DNA from: an uncultured delta proteobacterium
GTDB lineage: Bacteria > Desulfobacterota > Binatia > Binatales > Binataceae
NCBI GenBank assembly: GCA_963813785.1
Contig: CAWFAJ010000002.1
Coordinates: forward strand, 7,654-71,653
DNA: 64,000 nucleotides
Reading direction: 5' to 3'
Shown: positions 1 through 11,370 of the stretch, piece after piece
Numbering within the stretch: the stretch's first letter is position 1
How the letters are laid out: every line of letters begins with the position of its first letter
Position numbers and translations under genes: made by a program
The notes under the pieces: model-generated
Database searches by the model: none
The model's input: only the letters and a program-made list of their open reading frames with translations
Told to the model about the DNA's origin: nothing

Positions 1-1
1 A

Positions 2-340
2 TGCCGCGTCACCTATCACGACGCTTGTCACCTCGTGCACGGACTCGGGGTGCGCGAAGCGCCGCGCAAATTGCTCGCCTCGATTCCGGGCGTGACGATC
101 GTCGAGATGACGGAGTCCGATCTCTGCTGCGGTTCGGCCGGATCCTACAATTTGACCGAGCCCGCGATGGCGCGCGAGTTGGCACGGCGCAAAGCCGACA
201 ATATTGTTGCGACAGGCGCGGACTACGTCGTGCTGGCGAATCCCGGATGCGAGTTCCAGATCGCGGCCGAACTTCGCCGTCGCGGTTCGAAAATCAAGGT
301 CGTCCACCTCGCGGACTTTCTCGCGATGGCGTCTCAGTGA
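2..340 (+). CDS. C-terminal portion of a CCG-domain Fe-S oxidoreductase (GlcF/GlpC/HdrD-like); 5' end lies outside the window
   Basis: Frame 2 is open from the window edge. YHDACHL and CCGSAGSYN motifs match the tandem CCG cysteine-rich domain signature. It is a paralog of the protein at 58193..59494. Confidence 0.7.
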   Translation, partial: CRVTYHDACHLVHGLGVREAPRKLLASIPGVTIVEMTESDLCCGSAGSYNLTEPAMARELARRKADNIVATGADYVVLANPGCEFQIAAELRRRGSKIKVVHLADFLAMASQ

Positions 341-349
341 TCAGGTCCG

Positions 350-955
350 ATGAACGGCAGCCCGCACGAAATCAAGCTCTACTTTGCATACACGAGTCCG
401 TACTCGTACCTCGCGATGCAGCCCGCCTACGACCTCGAGCTGTCTCATAGCGTGCGCGTACGCTTCATCCCTTACGGGGTGAGCATCCGAAAGGTTTACG
501 GTCCGCTTGATCGCGAGGACGCCGACCGTCGCAAGGTTCGCTACCTGTATCTCGACGCGCGCCGAATCGCGAAGGAACGCGGACTCGTCATCTACCCGCC
601 GAAAAAGATTTTCAGCGCGCGGCTGGCGTTCTATGGAGGTCTCTACGCCGCGAACAATCGACAGTTCCGGCCGTACTCGAATCGCGTGTTCGAGCGATTC
701 TGGAAACAGGAACTCGATGTCGAAAACCGCGACGCGATTTCAGCAATCGTTACTGAAGTCGGTCTCGATCCCGCCGAATTTCTTCGCTATGCCGACAGCG
801 GCGCGCGCGCCGACCTGGATGCATGCTTCACCGAGGCCGATCGCGACGAGGTCTTCGGCGTGCCGACCTTCATCGTGGACGGCGAACCGTTCTGGGGCGA
901 GGACCGAATTGAGTGGGTGATTCGCAAGCTCGACGCGATGGGTTTGCGCCGCTGA
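350..955 (+). CDS. DsbA-like thioredoxin-fold protein (2-hydroxychromene-2-carboxylate isomerase family)
   Basis: 201-aa ORF; DSBA-like architecture with a conserved C-terminal GVPTFIVDGEPFWGEDR segment. Confidence 0.55.
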   Translation: MNGSPHEIKLYFAYTSPYSYLAMQPAYDLELSHSVRVRFIPYGVSIRKVYGPLDREDADRRKVRYLYLDARRIAKERGLVIYPPKKIFSARLAFYGGLYAANNRQFRPYSNRVFERFWKQELDVENRDAISAIVTEVGLDPAEFLRYADSGARADLDACFTEADRDEVFGVPTFIVDGEPFWGEDRIEWVIRKLDAMGLRR

Positions 956-995
956 AATTCCCGGCCTCGTTCGTCCGCTCGCGGCTATGCAGCGA

Positions 996-2441
996 TCAGA
1001 GTTCGGGACTCGAGGGCAGGAAGGTCTCGCCCATCAGGTAGGCATCGACGGCGCGCGCCGCTTCGCGCCCCTCCCATATCGCCCACACCACCAGCGATTG
1101 CCCGCGATGTGTGTCTCCGGCGGCGAACACTCCGGGCACGCTCGACATGTAATTCTCGCACTGCACGTTGCTGCGCGGGTCGAGCTTGACGCCAAGCTGC
1201 GAGATTATGCCCTCGGGCTCGGGGCCGAGAAATCCCAGAGCGAGCAGCACGAGGTCGCACTCGATCTCGAAATCGGTGCCTGGAATTTGCTCCATCACCA
1301 TCCGCCCGTTGTCATGCTTCCAGTTGAGCCGCGCACCGTGGAGTTTTTTCACCACGCCGTTTTCGCCGGAAAACCTGCTCGTGTTTACGCTCCAGTCGCG
1401 CTGCACGCCCTCTTCGTGGGAGCTCGAGGTGCGCATGATCATCGGCCAGTCGGGCCACGGCATCTCGGCGGTACGCTTTTCAGGCGGCATCGGGAGCAGT
1501 TCGAACTGATGCACGACGATCGCACCCTGGCGATTTGAGGTGCCCAGGCAATCGGAACCGGTATCGCCGCCGCCGAGAATGACCACGCGCTTTCCGTTCG
1601 CAGTGATCTCGGCCGCCGGATCGAGCGCGTCGCCGAAGTTACGCTTGTTCTGTTGCGGCAGGAATTCCATGGCAAAATGGATTCCCTTGAGCTCCCGTCC
1701 CGGGATCGGCAGGTCACGCGGCTTGGTCGCGCCCATCGCGAGTACGATGGCGTCGTACTTCGCACGCATCTCGTCCGCATGGATGTCGAAGCCGACGCGG
1801 CAGTTGGTGACAATCTCCAGGCCCTCGGCCTTCATTTGCTCAACGCGCCGGTTGACGATCCACTTTTCCAGCTTGAAGTCTGGAATGCCGTAAGTAAGCA
1901 ATCCGCCCACGCGATCCGATCGCTCGTAGAGCGTGACCGAATGTCCGGCGCGCGTGAGTTGCTGCGCGCAGGCCAGCCCCGACGGTCCCGAGCCTACGAC
2001 CGCAACGCGCTTTCCCGACTTGCGCGCGGGCGGCTGCGGCACGATCCATTTTTCTCCCCAGGCGTGATCGATGATGTTCTTCTCGATCAGCTTGATCGTG
2101 ACAGGATCGTTGTTGATGCTGAGGACGCAGGCTTCTTCGCAGGGCGCGGGGCAAACTCTGCCGGTGAACTCCGGAAAATTGTTGGTCGCATGCAGCCGGT
2201 CGATCGCCTCGCGCCAGCGGCCGCGGTAGATGAGATCGTTCCAGTCGGGGATGATGTTCCCGAGCGGGCAACCCTTGTGGCAGAAGGGAATGCCGCAATC
2301 CATGCAGCGGGCACCCTGCGCGCGCAGTTTGTCTTCGGGCATCTTGAGATCGAATTCGCGCCAATCCTTCAGGCGCTCCCCGACCGGACGCCGCGAAGGA
2401 GTCTCGCGCTTGATCTCCATGAAGCCCGTAATCTTGCCCAT
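996..2441 (-). CDS. gltD: glutamate synthase small (beta) subunit, NADPH-dependent
   Basis: The N-terminus [13 protein letters not shown]...CMDCGIPFC carries the Fe-S cysteines. The dinucleotide-binding motif [14 protein letters not shown] is present. It sits directly downstream of gltB. Confidence 0.9.
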   Translation of the reverse strand: MGKITGFMEIKRETPSRRPVGERLKDWREFDLKMPEDKLRAQGARCMDCGIPFCHKGCPLGNIIPDWNDLIYRGRWREAIDRLHATNNFPEFTGRVCPAPCEEACVLSINNDPVTIKLIEKNIIDHAWGEKWIVPQPPARKSGKRVAVVGSGPSGLACAQQLTRAGHSVTLYERSDRVGGLLTYGIPDFKLEKWIVNRRVEQMKAEGLEIVTNCRVGFDIHADEMRAKYDAIVLAMGATKPRDLPIPGRELKGIHFAMEFLPQQNKRNFGDALDPAAEITANGKRVVILGGGDTGSDCLGTSNRQGAIVVHQFELLPMPPEKRTAEMPWPDWPMIMRTSSSHEEGVQRDWSVNTSRFSGENGVVKKLHGARLNWKHDNGRMVMEQIPGTDFEIECDLVLLALGFLGPEPEGIISQLGVKLDPRSNVQCENYMSSVPGVFAAGDTHRGQSLVVWAIWEGREAARAVDAYLMGETFLPSSPEL

Positions 2442-2500
2442 CGCAGCCGTGATCTCCGGAGTCAGGTCAATTCTGACTAGTCAGTCGATTACTCACTCGG

Positions 2501-5500
2501 CTAAACTGCGGCCAGCCGCGCGAGATCGGAATCCATGTTGAGATGCTGCCGTTCGAGCACCATCCGGTACTCAGTCGGCAATACTTTTACAAACTTCGCA
2601 GCATAGTCGTCCCACTTGTCGAGGACTCGCCGCGCGACCGTGCTCTGCGTGTACTGCAAGTGCCGCACTATCAGCGCATGCAACTGCTTGAGTTCGTCGC
2701 GATTGGCGATTGGACCCAACTCGACCATCCCGGGGTTGCAGCGCGACGGAAACGAGCCGTCTTCGTCAAGCACGTACGCGACGCCGCCGCTCATGCCGGC
2801 CGAGAAGTTGCGGCCGGTCTTGCCTAGAACCACGACCAACCCGCGCGTCATGTACTCGCATCCATGGTCGCCGACTCCCTCGACGACCGTGTGCGCGCCG
2901 CTGTTACGCACCGCGAATCGCTCGCCGGCTACGCCGCGGAAGAACGCTTCGCCGCCGGTGGCGCCATAGAGCGCGACGTTGCCGATAATGATGTTGTCCT
3001 CGGCCTTGAAGGTCGCTTCTTGCGGCGGCCGCACCGAGATAAATCCGCCCGAGAGTCCCTTGCCGCAATAGTCGTTCGCGTCGCCTTCGAGATGGAGCGC
3101 GATTCCCGGCGCGAGCCACGCGCCGAAACTCTGGCCGGCCGAACCTTTGAGATGAATCTGAACCGTGTAGGGCGGCAGTCCCTCCGCGCCGAAGCGCCGT
3201 GACACTTCCGCCGACAGCATCGTGCCGACGGTACGGTTCACGTTGCGGATGGGAAGATGGATTTCGACCGGCTTGCGATGCTCGAGCGCTTCTTTTGCAA
3301 GCTCGATGATCTGATTGTCGAGCGCGGCGCCAAGGCCGTGATCCTGGAGCTCGACACAATGCAGCGGTTCATCCGGCCCGACATCGGGACGGCGAAGAAT
3401 ATTGGCCAGATCGACGTTGCGTGCCTTCCAATGCGCGATCGCTTCGTTGGCGTCGAGGCATTCGACGTGGCCAACCATTTCGGCAACGGTGCGAAAGCCC
3501 AACTGCGCCATGTATTCGCGCAGTTCGTCCGCGATGAACATCATGAAGTTCACGACGTGCTCGGGCTTGCCCGAGAACTTCGCGCGGAGCACCGGATCCT
3601 GCGTCGCGATGCCGACCGGGCAGGTGTTGAGATGGCAAACGCGCATCATGATGCATCCCGAGGCAACCAGCGCGGCGCTGGCGAAACCGAATTCCTCGGC
3701 GCCGAGAAGGGCGGCGATGGCGATGTCGCGGCCGGTCTTGAGCTGGCCGTCGGTTTCGACGTGAATGCGTCCACGCAGACCGTTCATCACCAGGGTTTGC
3801 TGCGTCTCGGCGAGTCCCAGCTCCCACGGAACTCCCGCGTGCCTGATCGATTGCAGGGGAGACGCGCCGGTGCCGCCGTCGTAACCGCTGATCAGCACGA
3901 CGTCGGCCTTGGCCTTTGCGACTCCCGCGGCGATGGTGCCGACGCCGACCTCGGCGACCAGTTTGACACCGATGCGCGCGCGATTGTTGGAATTTTTGAG
4001 ATCGTGGATAAGCTGCGCAAGATCTTCGATCGAATAGATGTCGTGATGCGGGGGCGGAGAGATCAATCCCACGCCGGGCGTCGAGTAGCGAATCTTCGCG
4101 ATGAAATCGTCGACCTTGTGGCCGGGAAGCTGGCCGCCCTCGCCGGGCTTGGCGCCCTGCGCCATCTTGATCTGAAGTTCGTCGGCGTTGACCAGGTAAT
4201 GACTGGTGACGCCGAAGCGCGCCGAGGCCACCTGTTTGATCGCGCTGCGGCGCCAATCGCCGTTGGCATCGGGCACGAAGCGCGCCGGATCCTCGCCGCC
4301 CTCGCCGGTGTTGCTCTTGCCGCCTATCCGGTTCATGGCGATGGCGAGGTTTTCGTGCGCCTCTTTGCTGATCGATCCAAACGACATCGCGCCGGTTTTG
4401 AAACGTTTGACGATCTCGGTGGCCGGCTCGACTTCCTCGAGCGGCACGGGCGGCCGAACAGAATTGAACTTGAGCATCGAGCGAAGGGTGGTGAGCGAGC
4501 GACTCTGCTCGTCAACCGCCCTGGTGTAATCCTTAAACAGCCGGTAATTTCCCGAGCGCACGGAATGCTGCAGTCGGGCGATCGTGTTGGGGTTGTACAT
4601 GTGGAACTCGCCGGCGCGGCGCCACTGGTACTGGCCGCCGACATCGAGATCGCCATCGAGGTTCGCGGCCACCTTGAACGCGTAGGTGTGACGCGCAGCC
4701 GTCTCGCGCGCGATCGCGTCGAGGCCGACGCCTGCCACGCGCGACGGCGTCCAGGCGAAGTACTTGTCGATCACGTCCTTGGCCAACCCGATCGCCTCGA
4801 AGATCTGCGCGCCGCGATAACTCTGCGTCGTCGAGATCCCCATCTTGGACGCGACCTTGGTAATGCTTTTGGAGACGGCCTTGATGAAGTTGTGGACGGC
4901 GGTGTCTTCGTCGATGTCCCGGAGCTGGCCGTCGCGAATCATCCCCGCCATCGTCGCGTATGCGAGGTACGGATTGACGGCGCCCGCGCCGTAGCCGACC
5001 AGCAGGCAGAAATGCATCGCCTCGCGCGGTTCTCCCGACTCGACGACGAGGCCGGCCCGGGTGCGCGTCCCTTCGCGAATCAGATGATGATGCACGGCTC
5101 CGGTCGCGAGCAGCGCCGGAATGGCGGCGTAGTCCGCGTTCACGCCACGATCCGAAAGCACGATTATCGTGTAGCCGGATTCGATCGCGTCCGATGCGGC
5201 GCGGCAAAGCGCGTCGAGCGCGGCGCGAAGCCCGCCTTCGCCGTCATCAACGCGGTAGAGCGTGGGAAGCGTGACGGTGCGCAGGCCCGCGACGGCCAGC
5301 CGTTTTATCCTTTGAAGTTCCTGGTTGGTGAGAAGGGGCTGCTTGAGCTGGAGCTGGCGGCAATGGAGCGGCGATTCTTCGAACAGATTATCCTCGGCGC
5401 CGATTGTCGTTTCGGTCGAGGTCACCAGTTCCTCGCGAATCGGATCGATCGGCGGATTCGTCACCTGCGCGAACAATTGCTTGAAGTAGTTGTAAAGCAA

Positions 5501-7050
5501 CTGCGGTCTGTTCGAGAGGACGGCGAGCGGAGTGTCGGTGCCCATCGAGCCGACCGGCTCCTGGCCGTTGGTGGCCATCGGCGCGAGGATCATTTTGAGA
5601 TCCTCGATCGTATAGCCAAACGATTGCTGCTGTTTCAGCAGCTCGTGGCCTTCAAAGCAGTCAACCGCTGGCGCACCGCTTGCCTCGGGGAGCGACTCGA
5701 GTGCGACGAGATTGGCGTCGAGCCAGCTGCGATACGGCTGTCGCGCCGCCATCGAATTCTTGATTTCTTCGTCCTGCACAATTCGGCCAAGCGAGGTATC
5801 GACAAGAAACATTCGGCCCGGCTGCAGCCGCCCTTTGAGCGCGACGTTGCCCGGCGCGATGTCCAGGACGCCGGTCTCGGACGCCATCACGACCAATCCG
5901 TCCTTGGTCACCGTGTAGCGCGACGGACGAAGGCCGTTACGATCGAGCACCGCGCCGATTCTGATACCGTCAGTGAACGCGATCGACGCGGGGCCGTCCC
6001 ACGGTTCCATCATGCATGAATGAAAGCTGTAGAAAGCGCGCTTGCCGTCGCTCATCTGCGGGTCGTTCTGCCACGCTTCCGGAATCATCATCATCATGGC
6101 GTGCGGCAGCGAACGTCCGGTGCGAACCAGCAGCTCGAGACAATTGTCGAAGGTTGCGGAGTCGCTGCCGTTGGGCTCGACGATCGGCAACAGCTTCTTG
6201 ATGTCGTCGCCGAACAGCGGTGAAGAGAAAAGCTTCTCGCGCGCGTGCATCCAGTTGATATTGCCGCGCAGCGTGTTGATCTCGCCGTTGTGCGACATGA
6301 AGCGGTAGGGATGCGCCCGGTCCCAGCTCGGAAACGTGTTGGTCGAAAAGCGCTGATGGACCATCGCGAGCGCGGTCTTGATGGCGCCATTTAGCAAATC
6401 GGGGAAAAACTGCGGGATCTGCGTCGAGATGAGCTGACCCTTATAAACGATGGTCAGCGCCGAGAGGCTGCAGAAATAAAACAGTTCCGGATCGAAGAGG
6501 CCGAGTTTTCCCGCCTCTGAAGTGGCGCGCTTGCGAATTACGTACAGCTTGCGCTCGAGCGCCTCGGCGTCGGGCAAGTCCGGGCCGCGCGCAATGAAGA
6601 CCTGGCGGATTGCGGGCATCCCGCGCCGCGCGATATCGCCGCACGCCGATTGCACCACCGGCACGTCGCGCCATCCGAGCACACGCTGACCTTCCTCGTT
6701 GACGATTCTCTCGAACGCGTGCTCGCAATCTTTGCGCTTGACCGGGTCGAGCGGCAGGAAAACCTGGCCCACGCCGTATTCGCCGGGCGCGGGCAGTTCG
6801 AAGCCGAGCCGGGCCGCTTCGCTCGAGAAAAACTCGTGCGGAATCTGCAGCAGGATTCCAGCGCCGTCGCCCGTGCGCGGATCGCATCCGCACGCGCCGC
6901 GATGGGTCAGGTTGTCGAGCACCTGCAGCGCTTTAGCCACGATGTCATGCGAGCGCTCGCCCTTGATGTTGACGACGAAGCCGACGCCGCACGCGTCGCG
7001 CTCATGGGCGGGATCGTAGAGGCCCTGTGCCTTCGGAATGCTTCGGTAGT
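2501..7050 (-). CDS. gltB: glutamate synthase large subunit
   Basis: The ~1515-aa product begins MMHNYRS...[10 protein letters not shown], the Ntn amidotransferase catalytic Cys. FMN/Fe-S central domain and C-terminal GXGXG domain motifs are present throughout. The ORF track extends further upstream, but the homology starts at the ATGATG at 7050. Confidence 0.9.
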
Positions 7051-7056
7051 TGTGCA

Positions 7057-7620
7057 TCATGATACTCGTCTTGGTTCCGCGGGCGCAGGTTTCGCGGCGC
7101 CGTGGCGATGGCGCCTGCCGTTGGCAGGCTCGTACGAGTCGCCGTTGGGATGAACCGAGATCAGACCGCGCTCGGTATGCGTCGACAGCACCACCATCGT
7201 CTCCGTCCGCGCCACTCCCTCGATCGAGCGGATGGTACTGATAAGCCGCTCGAGCGACGAAGTGTTGTCGGTTTTGATTTTCAGCAGGAGGGTGTGCTGA
7301 CCGGTGACGTGATGGCATTCGAGCACGTCGTCGAGCAGTGCGACGGATTCCTTGAACAGCGAGATTGTTTTCGGATGCGAAATCGACACGCCGATAAACG
7401 CGGTGACGTCCTTGCCGAGGCGGGTCGCATCGACGGCGGCGTGATAGCCGGTGATAACTCCGCCGTCTTCGAGTTTTTTGACGCGTTCGTTGACCGACGG
7501 CGCCGAAAGCCCGACTTGCTCTCCGAGCTTGACGAACGGAATGCGTCCGTGTTCCTGCAGGAGGCCGATAATCTGCAGGTCAATGGCGTCGAGTTCGGGG
7601 GAATCTCCGCCGAATTTCAT
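7057..7620 (-). CDS. lrp: Lrp/AsnC family transcriptional regulator
   Basis: N-terminal HTH ([42 protein letters not shown]) followed by a RAM/AsnC_C effector domain. It lies immediately upstream of gltB. Confidence 0.8.
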   Translation of the reverse strand: MKFGGDSPELDAIDLQIIGLLQEHGRIPFVKLGEQVGLSAPSVNERVKKLEDGGVITGYHAAVDATRLGKDVTAFIGVSISHPKTISLFKESVALLDDVLECHHVTGQHTLLLKIKTDNTSSLERLISTIRSIEGVARTETMVVLSTHTERGLISVHPNGDSYEPANGRRHRHGAAKPAPAEPRRVS

Positions 7621-7894
7621 AAGGTTATCCTCGTCGAGTGACGATGAAGATAGGCGAAAAGCGGGATTGTGTCAAGTGTTTATAAGGATTTGACGAAGTA
7701 AAACATGAGTTTGTTCAAGCCAACCTGACGAGGGCCGACGAAATATAGGCCGAAACGGTCGATTGCCGCTCACCTATGCTGCGATTCTTGGGGTGCAAGC
7801 GCGATCGCTCAGGCAACGCGCAGCTTGGGCCGAACCGTCGGCTAACATTGAAAGATGTTTTACGCAACTTTTACGCGGATTCGATATTTTCGCA

Positions 7895-9328
7895 CTACGA
7901 ATGTGGATAGGCGTCGCTTCCCATCTCAAGCGCATCCAGCCCCGACCATTCCACTTCCACCAGCACGCGGTTGCCCACCGTGCGCTCGACGATCTTGAAG
8001 AACAGGATCGCAAGGCCGAATACCACGACTATGTTCACCGTGACACCGATCAATTGGGCGAAAAATTGACCAGCGTCGCCGTAGAGCAGGCCGCGCACCG
8101 GACCCGCGACACCGTTCCATCCGTCGCCGTAGGTACCGTCGGCAAACAGACCAAGCGCCAGCGCGCCCCATATTCCGCACGCACCGTGCACGGCAACCGC
8201 GCCGACGGGATCGTCGATTCGAAAGCGGCGTTCGAGTTCAAGCACCGCCCACACGACCAGCAGTCCCGCGATCGCGCCAATCAGAACAGCCGCCGCGGGC
8301 GTTACGAATGCGCACGGGGCGGTGATTGCGACCAGTCCGCCCAGCAGACCGTTGCAGGCGATCGCGACGTCGGGTTTGTGATACTGATTCCACAAATAGA
8401 GCAGCGCCGCGAGCGCGCCGGCCGCCGAGGAGAGCATGGTGTTCACCGCGATGATCGCGATTCGCGGATCCGATGCGGCGAGCGTTGAGCCGGCGTTGAA
8501 GCCGAACCATCCGAACGCGAGAATCAACGTTCCGCTGATGGCCATGGGCAGGTTATGTCCAGGCAACGCGCCGATGGCGCCGTCGCGCCGGAACTTTCCG
8601 ATGCGCGGACCCACCATGTAAGCGCCGGCGAGACCGGCCATTCCGCCCGTCATGTGCACCACCGACGATCCGGCGAAATCCAGATGGCCGTGGCCCAGGC
8701 CCAGGTTCGCGCCGAGCTGCGAGAGCCATCCTCCGCCCCATACCCAGTTGCCGTACAACGGATACAGGAACATCGACATGAACAGTCCGTAGATAAAGAA
8801 CGCTTTGAACTTCCATCGCTCCGCCATCGCACCCGTCGGAATGGTCGCGGCGGTATCCATGAAAACAAGCGAGAATAGAAACATGCCCAGGCTGGCCGGA
8901 TCGCGACTGACACTGAGCAGCGCGAACTTGCTAAAGCCGATGATTCCATACGAATGCGCGCCGATCGTGATCGACAGCTCGTGATGGCCGATCGCGGCCA
9001 TGCCAAGCGAGGGCCAGTGCGCGACCCCGCCCATCATGAAGCCGTAGCCGGTGAGCCAGAAGCCGATGATGCCGATCGGGTAAATGATCAGGTTCATCGC
9101 CATGGTGTTGACCGCGTTCTTGGAGCGCGTGAACCCCGTCTCCACCATGGCGAATCCGAGCTGCATGAACATCACGAGGAACCCCGCGACCAGCAGCCAC
9201 GCGAGGTTCAGCGAATTGTCCAGCGGCGGCGACGACGCGGCGGTCTGCGCGCGCGCCAGCGACGAAAATAGCGTCAGCGCGGCGAAAGCGGCGGCGGCCA
9301 ATCCGAGTTGCGATCGTCTCGGCATCAT
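7895..9328 (-). CDS. amt: ammonium transporter (Amt family)
   Basis: Signal peptide and multiple TM segments; Amt signature regions such as FLVMFMQLGFAMVETG and DFAGSSVVHMTGG. Start placed at the ATGATG at 9328 (MMPRRSQ...). Confidence 0.9.
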   Translation of the reverse strand: MMPRRSQLGLAAAAFAALTLFSSLARAQTAASSPPLDNSLNLAWLLVAGFLVMFMQLGFAMVETGFTRSKNAVNTMAMNLIIYPIGIIGFWLTGYGFMMGGVAHWPSLGMAAIGHHELSITIGAHSYGIIGFSKFALLSVSRDPASLGMFLFSLVFMDTAATIPTGAMAERWKFKAFFIYGLFMSMFLYPLYGNWVWGGGWLSQLGANLGLGHGHLDFAGSSVVHMTGGMAGLAGAYMVGPRIGKFRRDGAIGALPGHNLPMAISGTLILAFGWFGFNAGSTLAASDPRIAIIAVNTMLSSAAGALAALLYLWNQYHKPDVAIACNGLLGGLVAITAPCAFVTPAAAVLIGAIAGLLVVWAVLELERRFRIDDPVGAVAVHGACGIWGALALGLFADGTYGDGWNGVAGPVRGLLYGDAGQFFAQLIGVTVNIVVVFGLAILFFKIVERTVGNRVLVEVEWSGLDALEMGSDAYPHS

Positions 9329-10341
9329 CTCACCTGCCCTCGATATGACCGGCGCGGGGGAGTCGGCGACGCCGGGTAACGGTTTGCAAGCCAAATCAGA
9401 AATACGAAAATTCCGATGAGCGATGTGAAAAACAGCACGTACCCTGCAGTACGACGCGCGCGTTGCAGCGCGAGGCTGCGTGGATGGAGGTCCTGCGCGC
9501 GTCCCTTGGGAACGACGCGCGACGGATCTTGCAGGTCCGCAAGCATCTCGGCTGCGCTCGCATAGCGGTCACGCGGAGAGCGCTCGATCGCGTGAAGGAT
9601 GATCTCCTCCAGACGCGGATCAAGATCGGGCTTGAATGCGGTTGGCGGCTGCGGATCTTCCGAAGTCTTCGCGCGCATCACGTTGTAAACGTTGGGCCCG
9701 GAGTGCGGCAGGTGGCCGGTCAGCATTTCGTAGAGAATCACGCCGAGCGAATAGATGTCGGTGCGAACGTCGCCGCGCCGGCCGCTGACCTGTTCGGGCG
9801 CCATGTAGTCGGGCGTGCCGATGGTCGATGACAGGCCGGACCACGTCAGCCGCCGCGCGGATTCGTCGAGTGCGATTCCGAAATCCATAACCTTGGTGCG
9901 GCCTTCGGCCGTCACCAGCACGTTTTCCGGCTTCAAATCGCGATGCACCACGCCTTCACCGTGCATGTACACCAGCGTCTCCGCCAACTGGCGTGCGAGA
10001 TCGAGCGCCTTTTCCACCGATAGCCCACCGGGTTCATGCATCATCGCGCGCAGCGAGGGACCCTCGACGTACTCCATCGCGATATACATGCGGCTTTTGC
10101 GCTTGGGTGCGAGGACCTTGATGATGCCGGGATGGTTGAGGCGGCGCCCGACTTCTTCTTCGCGCTGAAAGCGGCCGTAGAAGACCACGTCGCTCTCGAA
10201 CTGCATGTAGGGGACTTTGATCGCGACGGTCGCGCCGTCGACTTGATCGATAGCTTTGAAGATCGACGCCATCCCGCTGCGCGCGATCACCTCGATCAAT
10301 TTGTACTGATCGAGGTTTTCACCAACGCCGACCTCGCGCAT
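9325..10341 (-). CDS. eukaryotic-type Ser/Thr protein kinase with a C-terminal transmembrane anchor
   Basis: The HRDLKPENVL catalytic loop, DFG and APE motifs and the ATP-binding Lys (VAIKV) are present. A hydrophobic tail follows. The stop overlaps the amt start by 4 bp. Confidence 0.85.
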   Translation of the reverse strand: MREVGVGENLDQYKLIEVIARSGMASIFKAIDQVDGATVAIKVPYMQFESDVVFYGRFQREEEVGRRLNHPGIIKVLAPKRKSRMYIAMEYVEGPSLRAMMHEPGGLSVEKALDLARQLAETLVYMHGEGVVHRDLKPENVLVTAEGRTKVMDFGIALDESARRLTWSGLSSTIGTPDYMAPEQVSGRRGDVRTDIYSLGVILYEMLTGHLPHSGPNVYNVMRAKTSEDPQPPTAFKPDLDPRLEEIILHAIERSPRDRYASAAEMLADLQDPSRVVPKGRAQDLHPRSLALQRARRTAGYVLFFTSLIGIFVFLIWLANRYPASPTPPRRSYRGQVR

Positions 10342-10427
10342 TTTTCAGACCGTCTTGAGAAAAAGACGGTGAGCGGACGTTAACATCCGGCACGCAGGCA
10401 ATGGAAGGGGATGCGGCGTCAAACGCT

Positions 10428-11255
10428 TCATCGCCCGAACAGTCCTCGCAATCGATCGCGCCATCCGCCGGTGGCCGCCGTATGCCCGGTCGGCGACGTC
10501 ATTCTGAAGACCGCGCAGGTCAGATTGTCGGCAGTACCGCGCTTATTGGCCGTGTCGATCAAGTTGCGGCATCCCGTCTGGGGGTCAACGCCGCGCGTCA
10601 GTGATTCCAGCTCCTTGTCATCCAGGACATTGTACATCCCGTCGCTGCACAGTATCAGGCGATCGCGCTCCAGCAGCGGCATCGCGATCCGATCGATCGA
10701 CACGATCAACTCGTGTCCAAGACTGCGCAGAAGCATCCCGCGCTCCGGATGATTCTTCGCGCGCGCCGCCGACATCACGCCCATCCTGACCCGGTCGGCG
10801 ACCATCGTGTGATCTTTTGTGATTTGCGAGATTTGGCGGTGACGGATCAGATGCAGCCGGCAATCTCCGACGTGCACCGCCGACAGCATCCCCTTCTCCA
10901 CCGCAACCGCGGTCATCGTGGTCGCCATCCGGCCCAGCTCCGGGACGGTCAGCGCCTTGTCGTGAATCTCGATGTTGGCCCGGGTGATCGCGCGATGGAG
11001 CCGTTTGGCGGCGCCCCATGCTGGCGGACTCTCGCGGTAAGCCTCAAGAGTTATGTCGATCGCCATGCGGCTTGCGATTTCACCGCCTTCGTAGCCGCCG
11101 ACGCCGTCGGCAATCGCGAACACCACACTGTCGGGACTCTCGATGAAATGCCCGCACGAGTCTTCATTGTCGGGGCGGTCGGTGCCTACGTCGGACAACA
11201 GCGCCAATTCGAAAGCTTGCTCTACCGAAGCAGGAGCGGCGACCGACGAATCCAT
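10428..11255 (-). CDS. PP2C-family Ser/Thr protein phosphatase
   Basis: PP2C motifs: FAIADGVGG, metal-binding Asp residues, and DG near the C-terminus. Located upstream of the kinase on the same strand. Confidence 0.85.
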   Translation of the reverse strand: MDSSVAAPASVEQAFELALLSDVGTDRPDNEDSCGHFIESPDSVVFAIADGVGGYEGGEIASRMAIDITLEAYRESPPAWGAAKRLHRAITRANIEIHDKALTVPELGRMATTMTAVAVEKGMLSAVHVGDCRLHLIRHRQISQITKDHTMVADRVRMGVMSAARAKNHPERGMLLRSLGHELIVSIDRIAMPLLERDRLILCSDGMYNVLDDKELESLTRGVDPQTGCRNLIDTANKRGTADNLTCAVFRMTSPTGHTAATGGWRDRLRGLFGR

Positions 11256-11308
11256 TTGGATTGAGCTACCCGGCTAACGCTGAGGAGTAAAGTCGGTTCA
11301 ACGGCCAA

Positions 11309-11340
11309 GGGGCGGGCCGCGCTCCCACGCGGCCCGCCCC
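11309..11340 (-). terminator. perfect 13-bp-stem hairpin downstream of the permease pseudogene
   Basis: GGGGCGGGCCGCG-ctccca-CGCGGCCCGCCCC; located about 30 bp past the permease stop. Confidence 0.5.
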
Positions 11341-11370
11341 ACGGATTATTCGCCAAACCAGCGCCTGGGA

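Noticed and set aside
3257-6019. 920-aa plus-strand ORF, and many shorter ORFs between 2543 and 7153
   Set aside because: They lie antisense or out of frame inside gltB, whose homology is unambiguous. They are Arg/Ala-rich frames typical of high-GC DNA.
9325-9328. apparent overlap conflict between the kinase stop and the amt start
   Set aside because: An ATGA 4-bp overlap is a normal translational-coupling arrangement, not an annotation error.
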